64,000 bases of DNA from Bacteroidota bacterium (GCA_035559595.1 DATMBF010000020.1:64505-128504), one strand, 5' to 3'. Shown: positions 20,887 through 31,787, counted from the first letter of the stretch. Program-made: numbers and translations. The notes: generated from the letters alone by a model not told the origin.

Positions 20887-21422
20887 TGGGAATTATCGTA
20901 ACAGTTTTTGGAAGCGCCAAGCCTGCTGAGGGTGAGAAAGAATATCGGGAGGCCTACGAAGTCGGCTATGTGCTTGGCAAAGCGGGATTTGTCGTGTGCA
21001 ACGGCGGATATGGCGGAACCATGGAGGCATCAGCACGAGGGGCAAAAGAGGCTGGAGGAAAGACGATCGGCGTCACCGCCGAAATCTTCGCGCGTCATGC
21101 AAATCCTTGGATTGATCAGGAAATCCGCATGAAATCTCTTGTCGAGCGCCTTATGAAACTTATCGAGCTCGGGAGCGCATATATTGTGCTCAGGGGTGGA
21201 ACGGGAACACTTCTCGAACTTGCCGCAGTGTGGGAGTTCATCACCAAAAGATTGATCGCCGAAAAACCGATTATTACCATCGGCACATTCTGGGATGACG
21301 TTGTTAGAACCGTGAAAACACAGCTTCTGCGGGAAGGGTTGGAGGATGCAGCAACCAGTATTGTGCGAGCCGCATCGCCGTCAGAGTGCCTCCGTCTCCT
21401 TCAATCGCGGCTTGGCCAGTAA
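20886..21422 (+). CDS. LOG-family (TIGR00730) Rossmann-fold nucleotide-binding protein
   Basis: It has GGYGGTMEA and the PGGxGTxxE-like motif (RGGTGTLLE), and is about 178 aa. Confidence 0.8.
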   Translation: MGIIVTVFGSAKPAEGEKEYREAYEVGYVLGKAGFVVCNGGYGGTMEASARGAKEAGGKTIGVTAEIFARHANPWIDQEIRMKSLVERLMKLIELGSAYIVLRGGTGTLLELAAVWEFITKRLIAEKPIITIGTFWDDVVRTVKTQLLREGLEDAATSIVRAASPSECLRLLQSRLGQ

Positions 21423-22534
21423 GCATTCCCCGTTTGAACAACAGCGTGAAGGAACTTCTCCATCAGATCTGCGGATTTATCCCAGCTAAACGAACGAGCC
21501 CATTCGAGAGCATGATGTGCAAGTTCGTTCCTCAGAGTTTTATCCTCAATCACCTGAAGAATTCTGTTCTTGAGTTGATCAATGTCCCCATAAGGATAGA
21601 GCAGTCCCGTTCTCCCATTGACGACGGAATCACGCAGTCCGGGCACATCGCTCGCCACAACGGGCACTCCACATGAATTGGCCTCTAAGACCGTCAGTCC
21701 CCACCCCTCTTTGATTGAACAATTGACCACCACCGAGCATTGTTGAAGAAGCTCGACCTTCTCTTTCTCGGGGACAAATCCTCGGAAATCAACGCGAGAC
21801 GAAATTCCTAACTTCTGCGAGAGTTCTTCCAACCCGCGCCGCGCGTCTCCCTCGCCGACGATCAGCAGCTTCGCGTCGGGGATACGATCTGAGATCTGTC
21901 GAAAGGCCATGAGGAGATGATCAACGCTCTTGTATTTTTTCAGTCGGCCGAAGTGTCCGATGAGGACTTCGCCCGCATTGTCCCCGCTCCCTGGTCGGTA
22001 AACGCCATGATCAACAGCATTCGGAACAACGGCAATCTGCTCGTTCGAAAACCCTGATTCAATAAGCTCCTTTTTCGTGCTTTCCGAAACCGCCGCAATC
22101 GGAATCCGACGATAAGCTCGAAGGGCCATTCGCTCGTTCAGGTAAACATAGGAGCCTAACAGATTTCCTGCCTCTTTCATTATAGCCTTTCCAAAGAGAT
22201 GATGAATAATGCCAGCGAGCGGCCTGCGAACGTACAGTGGCGTGTAGAACGGGATCTTGTTCACATCATCTACGACAATATCAAAATTTCGAGAGGCGAG
22301 TCTGCGAATGTAGAATGAAGGGACGGTCAAATGGAAAGTGTTGCGGTGACCGCGGCGAATGATGGTGATCCCGTCGATTGTCTCTTCACGCGGGAGAGGC
22401 TGAAGTGCCGAGCACAAAAGAGTAACCGCATGGCCTCTGGTAACCAACCGTTTGAAGATCTCATGAAGATGAACCTCGGCTCCGCCTCCGAGCGGATGCC
22501 GGATGTCCTGCCAGTTGATGACAAGGATCTTCAT
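21401..22534 (-). CDS. Glycosyltransferase family 4 (GT-B, group 1)
   Basis: The N-terminus MKILVINWQDIRHPLGGGAEVHLHEI, a C-terminal EGWGLTVLEA motif (an E-x7-E-type motif), and the 377 aa length all fit. Confidence 0.8.
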   Translation of the reverse strand: MKILVINWQDIRHPLGGGAEVHLHEIFKRLVTRGHAVTLLCSALQPLPREETIDGITIIRRGHRNTFHLTVPSFYIRRLASRNFDIVVDDVNKIPFYTPLYVRRPLAGIIHHLFGKAIMKEAGNLLGSYVYLNERMALRAYRRIPIAAVSESTKKELIESGFSNEQIAVVPNAVDHGVYRPGSGDNAGEVLIGHFGRLKKYKSVDHLLMAFRQISDRIPDAKLLIVGEGDARRGLEELSQKLGISSRVDFRGFVPEKEKVELLQQCSVVVNCSIKEGWGLTVLEANSCGVPVVASDVPGLRDSVVNGRTGLLYPYGDIDQLKNRILQVIEDKTLRNELAHHALEWARSFSWDKSADLMEKFLHAVVQTGNAYWPSRD

Positions 22535-22606
22535 GGGGTATGCTTAAGAATAGCAAAGGGGAACCGCGCCAACGGCTCCCCTCGGAAATGGCCTGTGATC
22601 AACCTG

Positions 22607-25381
22607 CTACCTACGCGGCTGAGACTGTGTACCTGACGCTCGTTGCGTTCCTCGCAGTGCAGCGGAAGTATCTCCTCCCTGACCCATCAGTTTTCTTGCC
22701 TGAAACTCTTTGCGGCGCTCTCCAACAAACTCACTTAATCCCGGCACATGACCATACATCGATTGAATGACATCGAGCAATTCGAGTGCCTCGTCGTACA
22801 TTTCGAGATTCTGATAGGCTGTCAACAACATGAAATAGGAGTTGTATTGCACATTTGTTTCCGAGAGCGGCTCCATGATTCTCGCATCAACCACTGGTTT
22901 AAGCTCCTCAGTAACTTCTGTCAGGTAGATCTTTCCTTTCTCTTTCGCCTCCGCTGCGCGATAATAATTGCCAACATCAAATTTGAGACGGGTCTCCATG
23001 GGGATCACTCGCCTTGGAATAACTTCTTCCATTCTGTCCAAAGCCCGAACCATCATGGAAGGTTGGTTCTTCATGTTTGCATAGTAGGCGCCGAGAATCA
23101 AGAAGGCATGGCGGTAATTGCTCATGAGCCGGCGGACATCCTCATCAAAATAGACCGTCGAGTCACCCAGCCCACGCCAGAGAAAGCCAAGCTGCGGATC
23201 ACGCGAAGGCGTTTCAGTGTCGGTAAAAAGGTTCTTCGTCATTCGTTCTTCATCGATATTCGCCCACAGCATTTGCTCCTTGCGAGGGGTAAGCCGAAGG
23301 GCCAGCCCCTCCATCCTGAGGTAATCTCGCAACCCGATCTTCCCATCGTCAGAAACTGTCATGGCAAAATAGATCGGCCTCTGCCAGTTGGAGGTTCGGA
23401 CAATATCATACACGAGAATGTCCTGCACACGAAGCGCTTTGATATTCCCCGCTTCAAACGTGTGAGCCATGAAGAAGGCAATCTTTTTCTGACTGGTATC
23501 CTTGAGGGTCCGTGCTGTTCCCTCAGCACTGTAGCGCTGCCACACATCATCTGGTACCGGAAGCTCGAGCGTTCGAGGCTCCCAGGGGATTGGACCGAGC
23601 CGTTCGATATCAAGGTCGGAGATACTGATCGGCACTTTTTTTGCGCCATGGGGCTCCCCATGCTTAAGCTGCTTGATGTACCAGTTGGTGTTCAACAGAC
23701 TGAGATTCACAATGCGTACATCTCGCCGCACCCCCTCGACATCCTGGAGATACCAGAGCGGAAACGTATCGTTATCCCCGTTCGTGAAAAGAATTGCATC
23801 TTGATCGCAACTTTGCAGAAGGTTGTACGAGTAATCCCACGCCACGTAGTTCCCCGAACGGTCAGCCTCATGGTAATTCGTGCGAAGCATGTTTCCGGGA
23901 ACGAACACAAAGGCCAGCGCAAGGAGGCCAACAATTGCCGCACGTGTCCCCCCTTCGCCTTTCAGCGAGAGTTTCGCTCGAAAAGCATCAATAACGCTGA
24001 GAACGCCCATCGCGATCCACAGAGAAAAGATGAAAAACGAGCCCACATAGAAATAGTCACGTTCTCGTGGCTGCGGCTCCTGCTGGTTTTGGTACAGAGC
24101 AAGAATAACTCCCATAATGATAAACGAGACGATGGCCACCACCGCCATTTTCGGACTCCGTCTCCAGTGGTAATACGCGCCCACAATCCCCAAGATGAAG
24201 GGAATCGCATAGAGCTGCTTCGGATTCACACCTGCGTCTTTGAAGTCTCCCTCCGTTCCCACGTAGTTCCACAGCCAGTAGCGGATGTACATGTGATTAA
24301 TCTGATACCTCAGCATGAAGTCCATGTCGCTCGTGTACTTCGCATGCGCCGCCCGTTGCTCAGGTTCAGCACCGTAACGCCGCTGCAGAACCGGCGCCTG
24401 GCCATACTGCTCACGGTTCAGGTACGATACAAGCCGCGCGAGATTGCTGGGGTCGTTTTCATTCATCGGGGGATTGGCATTCGCACGGATGTACACGACA
24501 GCATACGTCGAGTAGCCCACCACGATCAAGAGAAACGAAAGGAGCGCAACATTCAAGGTACGATTGTGTTCCCGGATCGATCTGTACACACCATAGATCG
24601 CCCCAAGCAGGGCAGCAATCGGAATGAATGCGACAATTTGCGAGCGCGTACCGCCGAACTCGCCGTCAAGGAGTGATGGGAGTTCTTTGACGATACCGGG
24701 ATAAATAACAAAGAAGATGAGAACCGCAACAACGCCGAACTTGATAAGCGATTCGAATGTTACCTCATAGCGCCGGAAATAGACAAGCAACATTACCGAA
24801 AAGAGCGTAAGAAGCGCAAGGAGATGAACGCCCACGGAGAGACCGACGAGGTAGGCTATCAGCAACAAATAAACATCGCTTCGCTCCCAATCAGCCCGTT
24901 CGTACCACCGCAACGCGAGCCAGAGAATAACACTGACGAACAACATACTCACGCCGTAGACCTCAGCTTCTACGGCATTGAACCAGAAGGTCTTGCTGAA
25001 AGCAAGCGAAAGCGCACCGATAATCGACGAGCCATAGAGCAAGAGTTTGTCGTTGGTGGTCTCCGGCTTCCCTCGAAACATCATGATGAATCGCACCGTC
25101 ACCAAATAGAGAAACATGATGGTCAGTGCACTTGAGAGGGCGGAAATGAAATGCGCGCGGACCGCAATGTCGGACGCAAACGGAATCATCGTGAAGATCC
25201 GCCCGATCAGGAGAAACAGCGGCGCCCCCGGTGGATGCGGAACCTGCAACAGATAGGCGGCCGCTATGAACTCGCCAACATCCCAAAAAACGACAGTGGG
25301 TGGAAGCGTGGCGACATAGGTAACAAGTGAGATAACAAAGAGGGAAATGCCAATGATGCGATTGATTTTGCGATGCTCCAT
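22607..25381 (-). CDS. Large polytopic membrane protein resembling DUF2723 / GT-C PMT-ArnT-like proteins, with a C-terminal TPR-like region
   Basis: 924 aa. It has more than 10 predicted transmembrane helices in the N-terminal two-thirds and a soluble helical-repeat C-terminus. It is adjacent to and co-oriented with the GT4 gene. Confidence 0.75.
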   Translation of the reverse strand: MEHRKINRIIGISLFVISLVTYVATLPPTVVFWDVGEFIAAAYLLQVPHPPGAPLFLLIGRIFTMIPFASDIAVRAHFISALSSALTIMFLYLVTVRFIMMFRGKPETTNDKLLLYGSSIIGALSLAFSKTFWFNAVEAEVYGVSMLFVSVILWLALRWYERADWERSDVYLLLIAYLVGLSVGVHLLALLTLFSVMLLVYFRRYEVTFESLIKFGVVAVLIFFVIYPGIVKELPSLLDGEFGGTRSQIVAFIPIAALLGAIYGVYRSIREHNRTLNVALLSFLLIVVGYSTYAVVYIRANANPPMNENDPSNLARLVSYLNREQYGQAPVLQRRYGAEPEQRAAHAKYTSDMDFMLRYQINHMYIRYWLWNYVGTEGDFKDAGVNPKQLYAIPFILGIVGAYYHWRRSPKMAVVAIVSFIIMGVILALYQNQQEPQPRERDYFYVGSFFIFSLWIAMGVLSVIDAFRAKLSLKGEGGTRAAIVGLLALAFVFVPGNMLRTNYHEADRSGNYVAWDYSYNLLQSCDQDAILFTNGDNDTFPLWYLQDVEGVRRDVRIVNLSLLNTNWYIKQLKHGEPHGAKKVPISISDLDIERLGPIPWEPRTLELPVPDDVWQRYSAEGTARTLKDTSQKKIAFFMAHTFEAGNIKALRVQDILVYDIVRTSNWQRPIYFAMTVSDDGKIGLRDYLRMEGLALRLTPRKEQMLWANIDEERMTKNLFTDTETPSRDPQLGFLWRGLGDSTVYFDEDVRRLMSNYRHAFLILGAYYANMKNQPSMMVRALDRMEEVIPRRVIPMETRLKFDVGNYYRAAEAKEKGKIYLTEVTEELKPVVDARIMEPLSETNVQYNSYFMLLTAYQNLEMYDEALELLDVIQSMYGHVPGLSEFVGERRKEFQARKLMGQGGDTSAALRGTQRASGTQSQPRR

Positions 25382-25393
25382 GAATTCCTCTGA

Positions 25394-26617
25394 TTAAGCG
25401 CTAGAACAAGAGTGCGCAATGTAGGGTGAAAACGCGTGAACTTCAAGCCTAGTTTCAGGATGGGGATGAAACCGAATGAGTGAGCTTGCGATTTCATCGC
25501 ACAGCATATACCCTTTCTTCGTTGAACGAATTCTCCCCTCCTCCACAACCACCAACCCGTCATCGATAAATTGGTTAATCTGCTTTCGCGCAACCGAGAG
25601 AAGAGCTATCCCGTGACGCTTTTCAAATCTTTGTAGATCGATCCCGGAACTCCGAAGTCCGAGAAAAATCTCCTCCTCAATGAGTTGGTCAGAAAGGAGC
25701 ACTTCGCTTCCTGACTCTGCAAGCGAACCTCCCTCCAGTGATTCGAGATAACGTTGGAGACTCGGTACATTCCAGAAGCGTCGATCATTCCAAAAAGAAT
25801 GCGCTGAAGGACCAAAACCAAGGTAGTTCTGGTGCGTCCAGTAGGCCAAATTGTGCCTGCACTCGTGCCCGGGTCGTGCGAAATTCGAGATCTCGTATTG
25901 CCGGTAACCCTGTGTCGTGAGGAAATCGATCGTTCGTTCGTACATCTCGGCATCAACATCCTCTGATGGCAACTGAACCTGCTGTGATTCAACCATTCGC
26001 TGCAACGGAGTGTGTGGCTCAACAATAAGGCTGTAACAAGAAAGATGGTTGGGTGAGAGTTCAACGGCCTGACGCAAGTTTGATTCCCACCGTTCAAGGG
26101 TCTGCGAGGGCAAGGCAAAGATCAAATCGAAACTCACACTGTCGAAACCAACCCGCAAGGCCTCTCGCACGCAGTCTTTCGCCTCCCTGGCGGTGTGTAT
26201 GCGACTCAGGAATTTCAGGTCATCATCGAAAAACGATTGAATCCCCATGCTGAGCCTGGTAATTCCGGCACGGCGAAAATCGGCCAACCTGCCACGCTCG
26301 AGAGTGCCCGGATTTGCCTCCATTGTGATTTCCGGATGGTCAGCAATGATGAATCGTTTATGGAGAAGATTCAGAATCGCCTCTATGTGAGACGCAGAGA
26401 GCAGGGAGGGAGTTCCACCGCCGAAAAAGATCGTGTCGTAAGTGCTAGCAAATCGCGGGTCGGCAGCACGCAACTCGATTTCTCGCTTTAAGGCCGCAAC
26501 AAATCGATCATAACGCCCTGCGTCCTGGGAATCGCTCCCATTCGTCGCAAGTGAGTAGAAATCACAATACACGCATTTGTGCTCGCAGAACGGTATGTGA
26601 AGGTAAAGACTCGCCAT
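25394..26617 (-). CDS. hemW: Radical SAM heme chaperone HemW (HemN-like, oxygen-independent coproporphyrinogen oxidase family)
   Basis: It has the CxxxCxxC radical SAM motif (HIPFCEHKCVYCDF). It is 407 aa. The lepA-hemW neighbourhood is conserved. Confidence 0.85.
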   Translation of the reverse strand: MASLYLHIPFCEHKCVYCDFYSLATNGSDSQDAGRYDRFVAALKREIELRAADPRFASTYDTIFFGGGTPSLLSASHIEAILNLLHKRFIIADHPEITMEANPGTLERGRLADFRRAGITRLSMGIQSFFDDDLKFLSRIHTAREAKDCVREALRVGFDSVSFDLIFALPSQTLERWESNLRQAVELSPNHLSCYSLIVEPHTPLQRMVESQQVQLPSEDVDAEMYERTIDFLTTQGYRQYEISNFARPGHECRHNLAYWTHQNYLGFGPSAHSFWNDRRFWNVPSLQRYLESLEGGSLAESGSEVLLSDQLIEEEIFLGLRSSGIDLQRFEKRHGIALLSVARKQINQFIDDGLVVVEEGRIRSTKKGYMLCDEIASSLIRFHPHPETRLEVHAFSPYIAHSCSSA

Positions 26618-27483
26618 TATCGGATGATCGTTCCTATTCGTTCCCAGCGGACACTCTTGAGCCTCTCTCCGATACTGCTTGCCTCAACTTCGGGATCCCA
26701 TGACCAATAAACGAACAGCGCCTCACCGATGATGTTCGATTCGGGCACGAAACCCCATGCGCGACTATCCAGACTATTATGCCTGTTGTCCCCCAGCATG
26801 AAATAGTAATTCTTTCGAACGGTGTAGGAGGTTGCCGGCTCTCCATCGATCAAGACTCTTCCTCGAGCATCAACCTCAAGTTCTCGCCCTTCATGATGCA
26901 GGAGCCGTCGATAGCGACGCGCGTTTCGAGGATTGAGGAAAATTGTCATTCCTTCCTTCGGAACGACCACCGGACCAAAGTGTTCTTTCAAGTCTAACCC
27001 ATTCCCCGTTGCCTCGTGAAACGAATCTTGCGGCAGGAGCAACCGCGACCCATTCACAAAAAGCTCACCATCGAGAATCTCAACGGTATCTCCCGGCAGA
27101 CCCACACACCGCTTGACATAGTTGGAAACCTCCGAACTCGATTGCGACCCACGTATCCGAGGAAACTCAAAGACAACGACATCGCCTCTCTGAATGTTCT
27201 TGAATGACGGAATCGTGAGAGAAGGAACCGCGATATTCGTAAGCGGCACATAGCGTGGAGTCCGCAATCCGTACGCAAATTTGTTCACCATCAAAAAATC
27301 ACCGACCAACAGCGTTTTCTCCATCGATGCCGAGGGGATGCGGAACGCTTCGATGAAAAAGGTCTTCAGGAACAATGCCACGACAAGTGTGATGAGAACT
27401 GTCCGAGCATAGTCGCGCACGCTCTTGCCTATGGATGGCTTGCTCTCCGGAATCGCTTGATATGATTGATGGTCTTGATTCAT
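26617..27483 (-). CDS. lepB: Signal peptidase I (S26A), copy 2
   Basis: It has an N-terminal transmembrane helix, the catalytic Ser motif (SASMEKTL) and the Lys box (GDNRHNSLDSR). Confidence 0.85.
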   Translation of the reverse strand: MNQDHQSYQAIPESKPSIGKSVRDYARTVLITLVVALFLKTFFIEAFRIPSASMEKTLLVGDFLMVNKFAYGLRTPRYVPLTNIAVPSLTIPSFKNIQRGDVVVFEFPRIRGSQSSSEVSNYVKRCVGLPGDTVEILDGELFVNGSRLLLPQDSFHEATGNGLDLKEHFGPVVVPKEGMTIFLNPRNARRYRRLLHHEGRELEVDARGRVLIDGEPATSYTVRKNYYFMLGDNRHNSLDSRAWGFVPESNIIGEALFVYWSWDPEVEASSIGERLKSVRWERIGTIIR

Positions 27484-27484
27484 C

Positions 27485-28375
27485 TCAAGAAATCAACGTT
27501 CCGATTCGACCCCACCGGATCGAGCCAAGCTTGGCAAAGATATTATACAGGGGGATGTTGGTATCCCATGACCAGTACACGATAAGCGGTGCGCCGACGA
27601 GATTTTCCTTTGGGATAAAGCCCCAGTAGCGACTGTCGAGACTGTTGTCCCGGTGGTCGCCCATTCCGAACAGATAGTCCTGCTTGACGACATACTCCGT
27701 CGCCGCAACTCCATCGATCTCGATTCGCCCGTCAACCATTCGGATCGAATGCCCCTCGCGACGAATGAAGATTTCCCACCACGAATAGTTCTCCTGAGTC
27801 AAAGAAATCACCATGCCCTTATATGGCACAACGAGTGGACCGTAGAAATCTTCATTCCAGGGCGCCCCTTTCGGAAAGATTCGTTCATCGGGCTGAGTCG
27901 TTGAGATCGATCGACGGTAGCTAAACTTGAGATTCCGTGGCAACGGCATTTGCTGACCGTTGACATAGAGGACGCGGTTGATAATCTGAATCGTATCGCC
28001 GGGAAGACCAACGCACCGCTTCAGATAGAACTGGAACTCCTCCGGTTCGACCTCATCCCGATACCCAGGAAACACGAAGACAATCACATCTCCCCTCTCC
28101 ACATCCTTGAATCCCGGAACGCGAAACCAGGGGAGTCGCACATTCGTGAAGGGGATGTTCCGAGGGGATGTACCGCCGTAAATGAACTTGTTCACGAACA
28201 AAAGATCGCCCGTCATCACCTCGTTTTCCATCGAACCTGTCGGAACGAGAAACGAAGCGATGACGAAATTATTCAAGACGAGAAAGGCCCCGAGGACGAT
28301 GCCCAATTCCTTGAAGAAGGCTTTCACTTTTACCTTCCAGGGACTCATCTCTTTTTGTCGTTCTTCTTTGGCCAC
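27485..28375 (-). CDS. lepB: Signal peptidase I (S26A), copy 1
   Basis: It has the Ser motif (TGSMENEV) and the Lys box (GDHRDNSLDSRYWG). It lies immediately downstream of lepA, as in the conserved lepA-lepB arrangement. Confidence 0.85.
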   Translation of the reverse strand: MAKEERQKEMSPWKVKVKAFFKELGIVLGAFLVLNNFVIASFLVPTGSMENEVMTGDLLFVNKFIYGGTSPRNIPFTNVRLPWFRVPGFKDVERGDVIVFVFPGYRDEVEPEEFQFYLKRCVGLPGDTIQIINRVLYVNGQQMPLPRNLKFSYRRSISTTQPDERIFPKGAPWNEDFYGPLVVPYKGMVISLTQENYSWWEIFIRREGHSIRMVDGRIEIDGVAATEYVVKQDYLFGMGDHRDNSLDSRYWGFIPKENLVGAPLIVYWSWDTNIPLYNIFAKLGSIRWGRIGTLIS

Positions 28376-28390
28376 TTGGCCTCCGTTCAG

Positions 28391-30190
28391 TTAGTTTTCC
28401 ATGGATAAGACGGCAAGAAACGCTTCCTGCGGGATCTCGACGCGACCGACCTGCTTCATGCGCTTCTTTCCTTCCTTTTGCTTCTCCAAAAGCTTTCGCT
28501 TTCGGGTGATGTCTCCGCCGTAGCACTTCGCGAGAACGTTCTTTCTCATGGCACTCAATGTCTCTCGCGCAATGACTTTGCTTCCGATCGCGGCCTGTAT
28601 TGCAACCTCGAACATCTGGCGCGGGATCAGCTCTTTCAACTTATTGCACAATTTCTTTCCCCAGTCGTACGCTTTGGATCGATGCACGATTGTTGAAAGC
28701 GCATCGACCGGCTCACCGTTCAAGAGGATGTCGAGCTTGACGAGGTCTGACTCACGGTAATCAAGAAAATCATAATCCAATGAGGCATATCCACGAGAGA
28801 CAGATTTCAGTTTATCGTAAAAATCGAAAATGATTTCGGCTAATGGTAATTCGAAATGGATGTCCGCCCGATCTGGACTCAAATACGTCGTGTTCTTGTG
28901 AATTCCCCTCCGCTCCATGCAGAGCTTCATGATGCCGCCGATGTATTCCGTGGGCGTGATGATCTGTGCCTTGACATACGGCTCTTCAATGAGCTCGATT
29001 TGCCCAACCGGTGGCATGAACGCCGGATTATCAACCACGACCACCTGACCGTCCGTCTTTCGCACCTTATATTCAACGTTGGGGACCGTATTAATGAGGT
29101 TCTGATTATACTCACGCTCCAACCGCTCGCGAATGATCTCCATGTGAAGCAAACCAAGAAATCCACACCGGAATCCGAACCCCAACGCCACCGATGTTTC
29201 AGGCTCGAACACGAGAGCTGCATCGTTCAGCTTGAGCTTCTCCAGAGCGTCTCGAAGTTCACCGAAGTCATCCGAATTTGCGGGATAGACACCGCTGAAC
29301 ACCATCGGCTTCACTTCCTTGTAGCCCGGAAGCGGTTCAGCGGAAGGCCGATCGACAAGGGTAATCGTGTCGCCAACTTTCGTGTCGTGAACATCCTTCA
29401 CGTTGGCAATGATGTAGCCGACATCACCCGCGGAAAGGAAACCAATCCTCTTGCGCTGCATTTCCAGAATCCCGATATCTTCTGCCTGAAATTCTTTGCC
29501 GTTCGAAAAGAAACGAATTCTATCCTTCTCCCGAACCATTCCGTCAAAAATCCGCACATATGCAATCGCTCCCCGATACTCATCGAACACCGAATCGAAG
29601 ATCAGGGCCCGCAGTGGAGCGTCGGGATCGCCTTTTGGTGGCGGAACACGTTCAACGACGGCTTCTAACACTTCTGCCGTTCCAATGCCGGACTTTGCAC
29701 TGCCTAACAGAATATCTTCCTCTTTACACCCTAAAAGGTCCATCACCTGATGCTTGACAGTGTCGAGCATCGTTTTTGCGCTCGGCAGGTCGATCTTATT
29801 AATGAATGGGACGATCTCGAGGCCCGCGTCAATGGCAAGATAGAGGTTAGAGATGGTTTGAGCTTCAACCCCCTGTGTTGCATCAACAACAAGAATGGCT
29901 CCTTCGCATGCAGCCAGTGAGCGAGAGACTTCGTAGGTGAAGTCGACATGACCGGGGGTGTCAATGAGGTTCAGGACATAGTCTTGACCGTTCTTCGATT
30001 GATATTTGAGTTGGATGGCGTGAAGTTTGATGGTGATGCCACGCTCCTGCTCGAGCTCCATATCATCAAGCACTTGCTTCGTCATCTCTCGTGCCGGAAT
30101 GGCTCCGGTCATCTCGAGAAGACGGTCGGCAAGCGTGGATTTCCCGTGGTCGATGTGAGCAATAATGCAGAAATTTCGGATGTGCTTCAT
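28391..30190 (-). CDS. lepA: Elongation factor 4 (LepA)
   Basis: The start [25 protein letters not shown], the 599 aa length and full-length EF4 architecture all fit. Confidence 0.95.
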   Translation of the reverse strand: MKHIRNFCIIAHIDHGKSTLADRLLEMTGAIPAREMTKQVLDDMELEQERGITIKLHAIQLKYQSKNGQDYVLNLIDTPGHVDFTYEVSRSLAACEGAILVVDATQGVEAQTISNLYLAIDAGLEIVPFINKIDLPSAKTMLDTVKHQVMDLLGCKEEDILLGSAKSGIGTAEVLEAVVERVPPPKGDPDAPLRALIFDSVFDEYRGAIAYVRIFDGMVREKDRIRFFSNGKEFQAEDIGILEMQRKRIGFLSAGDVGYIIANVKDVHDTKVGDTITLVDRPSAEPLPGYKEVKPMVFSGVYPANSDDFGELRDALEKLKLNDAALVFEPETSVALGFGFRCGFLGLLHMEIIRERLEREYNQNLINTVPNVEYKVRKTDGQVVVVDNPAFMPPVGQIELIEEPYVKAQIITPTEYIGGIMKLCMERRGIHKNTTYLSPDRADIHFELPLAEIIFDFYDKLKSVSRGYASLDYDFLDYRESDLVKLDILLNGEPVDALSTIVHRSKAYDWGKKLCNKLKELIPRQMFEVAIQAAIGSKVIARETLSAMRKNVLAKCYGGDITRKRKLLEKQKEGKKRMKQVGRVEIPQEAFLAVLSMEN

Positions 30191-30286
30191 ACGCTTCTTC
30201 CCACACCCTGCACAGCGGATTGCAGGTTTGGGGCAACATTCATTCCCGGCACTGGTTAGACGTCGGCAAGCTCATCTCCGTTTCTT

Positions 30287-30332
30287 AAAACAAGAAAGAG
30301 TAAAGAGTGGAATCCAGAATCACCCTTTACTC
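30287..30332 (-). terminator. Rho-independent terminator downstream of the symporter gene
   Basis: On the minus strand there is an 8-bp perfect stem (GAGTAAAG...CTTTACTC, plus-strand coordinates 30298-30305 and 30325-30332) with a 19-nt loop, followed by TTTCTTGTTTT. Confidence 0.5.
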
Positions 30333-30383
30333 CGAGCAAGGACGGCAAAAATATAACGGAAAATGGCCTGAAGAGCAAGGAAT

Positions 30384-31787
30384 CTAACGATCCGATGGCG
30401 ACACTTCAGGAACGGCGCGTTCTGCGAGTGCAAAAAGGCTGTAAGCGGCAAGCGAACAGACAGTGGCAAGAAGAAAGCTGAACTCGAAGGAGGCAACATA
30501 ATGCGCAAACAACCAGAGAACACAACCGACGACGAGTGCGGTTGTGGCGCTGCGTGCACCACCAAACTTCGTGTACATTCCGAACATGAAAACGACAAAC
30601 ACCGCCCCGCTGCCGAAGGCAGAAGCCTCTTTCACGAGATCATACACACCCTGGGCATACATTGCCAGCATGTAGGCAAGCAATCCCATAACGAAGACTC
30701 CAAGCCGTTGAATACGGACTTTAGTGTGTTCCTCCATTTGAGGTTGAAGCGGGATAAGAATGTTATGACAAAAGATCCCCGACGCTGCAAGCAACGCACT
30801 GTCAACGGTAGAGAGAATTGCCGACACGAGCGCCCCGGCAAAGACAATGTATCCGATAGTGGAAAAGTGCTGTTGAGCAACCATCGGGAGGATTTGTTCG
30901 GGCTGGTCCAAACCGGGCAGGATAGAGCTTCCGAGCAACCCCACGCCAAGGGGGATGAGACCAACAAGCAGATACGTTCCTCCCGCCATCAACGATGATC
31001 GGCGAGCAATCATCGGCGAGCGAGATGCAAGCACACGCGAGACCATCTCTTGTGCAGTCACCGACCCAAGAATCGGAATAGCCCAGGTCTCAGCCGTTCG
31101 CAGAACACTTGTGATAACTCCCTGAGTGCCGGAGGAAGATAGCGCTAATCTTTCTGCTGGCACAGATTGGAGAGCAGCTATGATCCCACCTGAATCCGCA
31201 ATCAATGTGACGGCAAGCAGAGCAAGGCCGGCAATCAATATGAATCCCTGTACAATGTCCGTCATGGCATCTGCCAGCATTCCACCCATGATCGTGTAAG
31301 CAATGACTGCCGTTGCGGCAACCGTCACCGCAGTTGAGACTTCAAGAACAGACGATGCCGAGAGGACAAGTCCGAATGCTCGAATTTGTGCAGCGGCCCA
31401 AAGCAATGAGGTGGGAATCATGATCACAGCAATCACGCGTTCGGTCGAAGCCGAGAACCTGATGCGAAAGAAGTCGGCGATTGTGGTAAGCTTCATGCGC
31501 CAGAGCGGCACGGCAAAGAAGAGACCCATGAGGAACAAGCAAACGGCATAGCCAAACGGGTCTGCCGCAACCCCTGAGATACCCTCTGCATAGGCCGCTC
31601 CCGCCGTTCCGATGCAGGATTCAGCACCAAACCAGGTGGCAAAGATCGAAAAGGTCGCCAGAACATAACCAAGATTGCGTCCGGCGAGGAGATAGTCATC
31701 TTCAGTACGGATACGGCGACTGACAGTGTAGCCGAGGAGAAGTTGGAGGAGGACGTAGAGAAGGATACCAAGAAAGATTGGCGTCAT
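30384..31787 (-). CDS. Sodium:solute symporter family (SSS) transporter
   Basis: 467 aa. It has about 13 transmembrane helices and an SSS-family architecture. Confidence 0.75.
   Translation of the reverse strand: MTPIFLGILLYVLLQLLLGYTVSRRIRTEDDYLLAGRNLGYVLATFSIFATWFGAESCIGTAGAAYAEGISGVAADPFGYAVCLFLMGLFFAVPLWRMKLTTIADFFRIRFSASTERVIAVIMIPTSLLWAAAQIRAFGLVLSASSVLEVSTAVTVAATAVIAYTIMGGMLADAMTDIVQGFILIAGLALLAVTLIADSGGIIAALQSVPAERLALSSSGTQGVITSVLRTAETWAIPILGSVTAQEMVSRVLASRSPMIARRSSLMAGGTYLLVGLIPLGVGLLGSSILPGLDQPEQILPMVAQQHFSTIGYIVFAGALVSAILSTVDSALLAASGIFCHNILIPLQPQMEEHTKVRIQRLGVFVMGLLAYMLAMYAQGVYDLVKEASAFGSGAVFVVFMFGMYTKFGGARSATTALVVGCVLWLFAHYVASFEFSFLLATVCSLAAYSLFALAERAVPEVSPSDR

Noticed and set aside
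22748-24676. 642-aa ORF on the plus strand
   Set aside because: It lies entirely antisense to the confidently assigned 924-aa DUF2723-like membrane protein gene. Its composition is low-complexity and R/H-rich, and it is a typical GC-driven antisense ORF.
28856-29668. 270-aa plus-strand ORF
   Set aside because: It is antisense to lepA (EF4), which is unambiguous.
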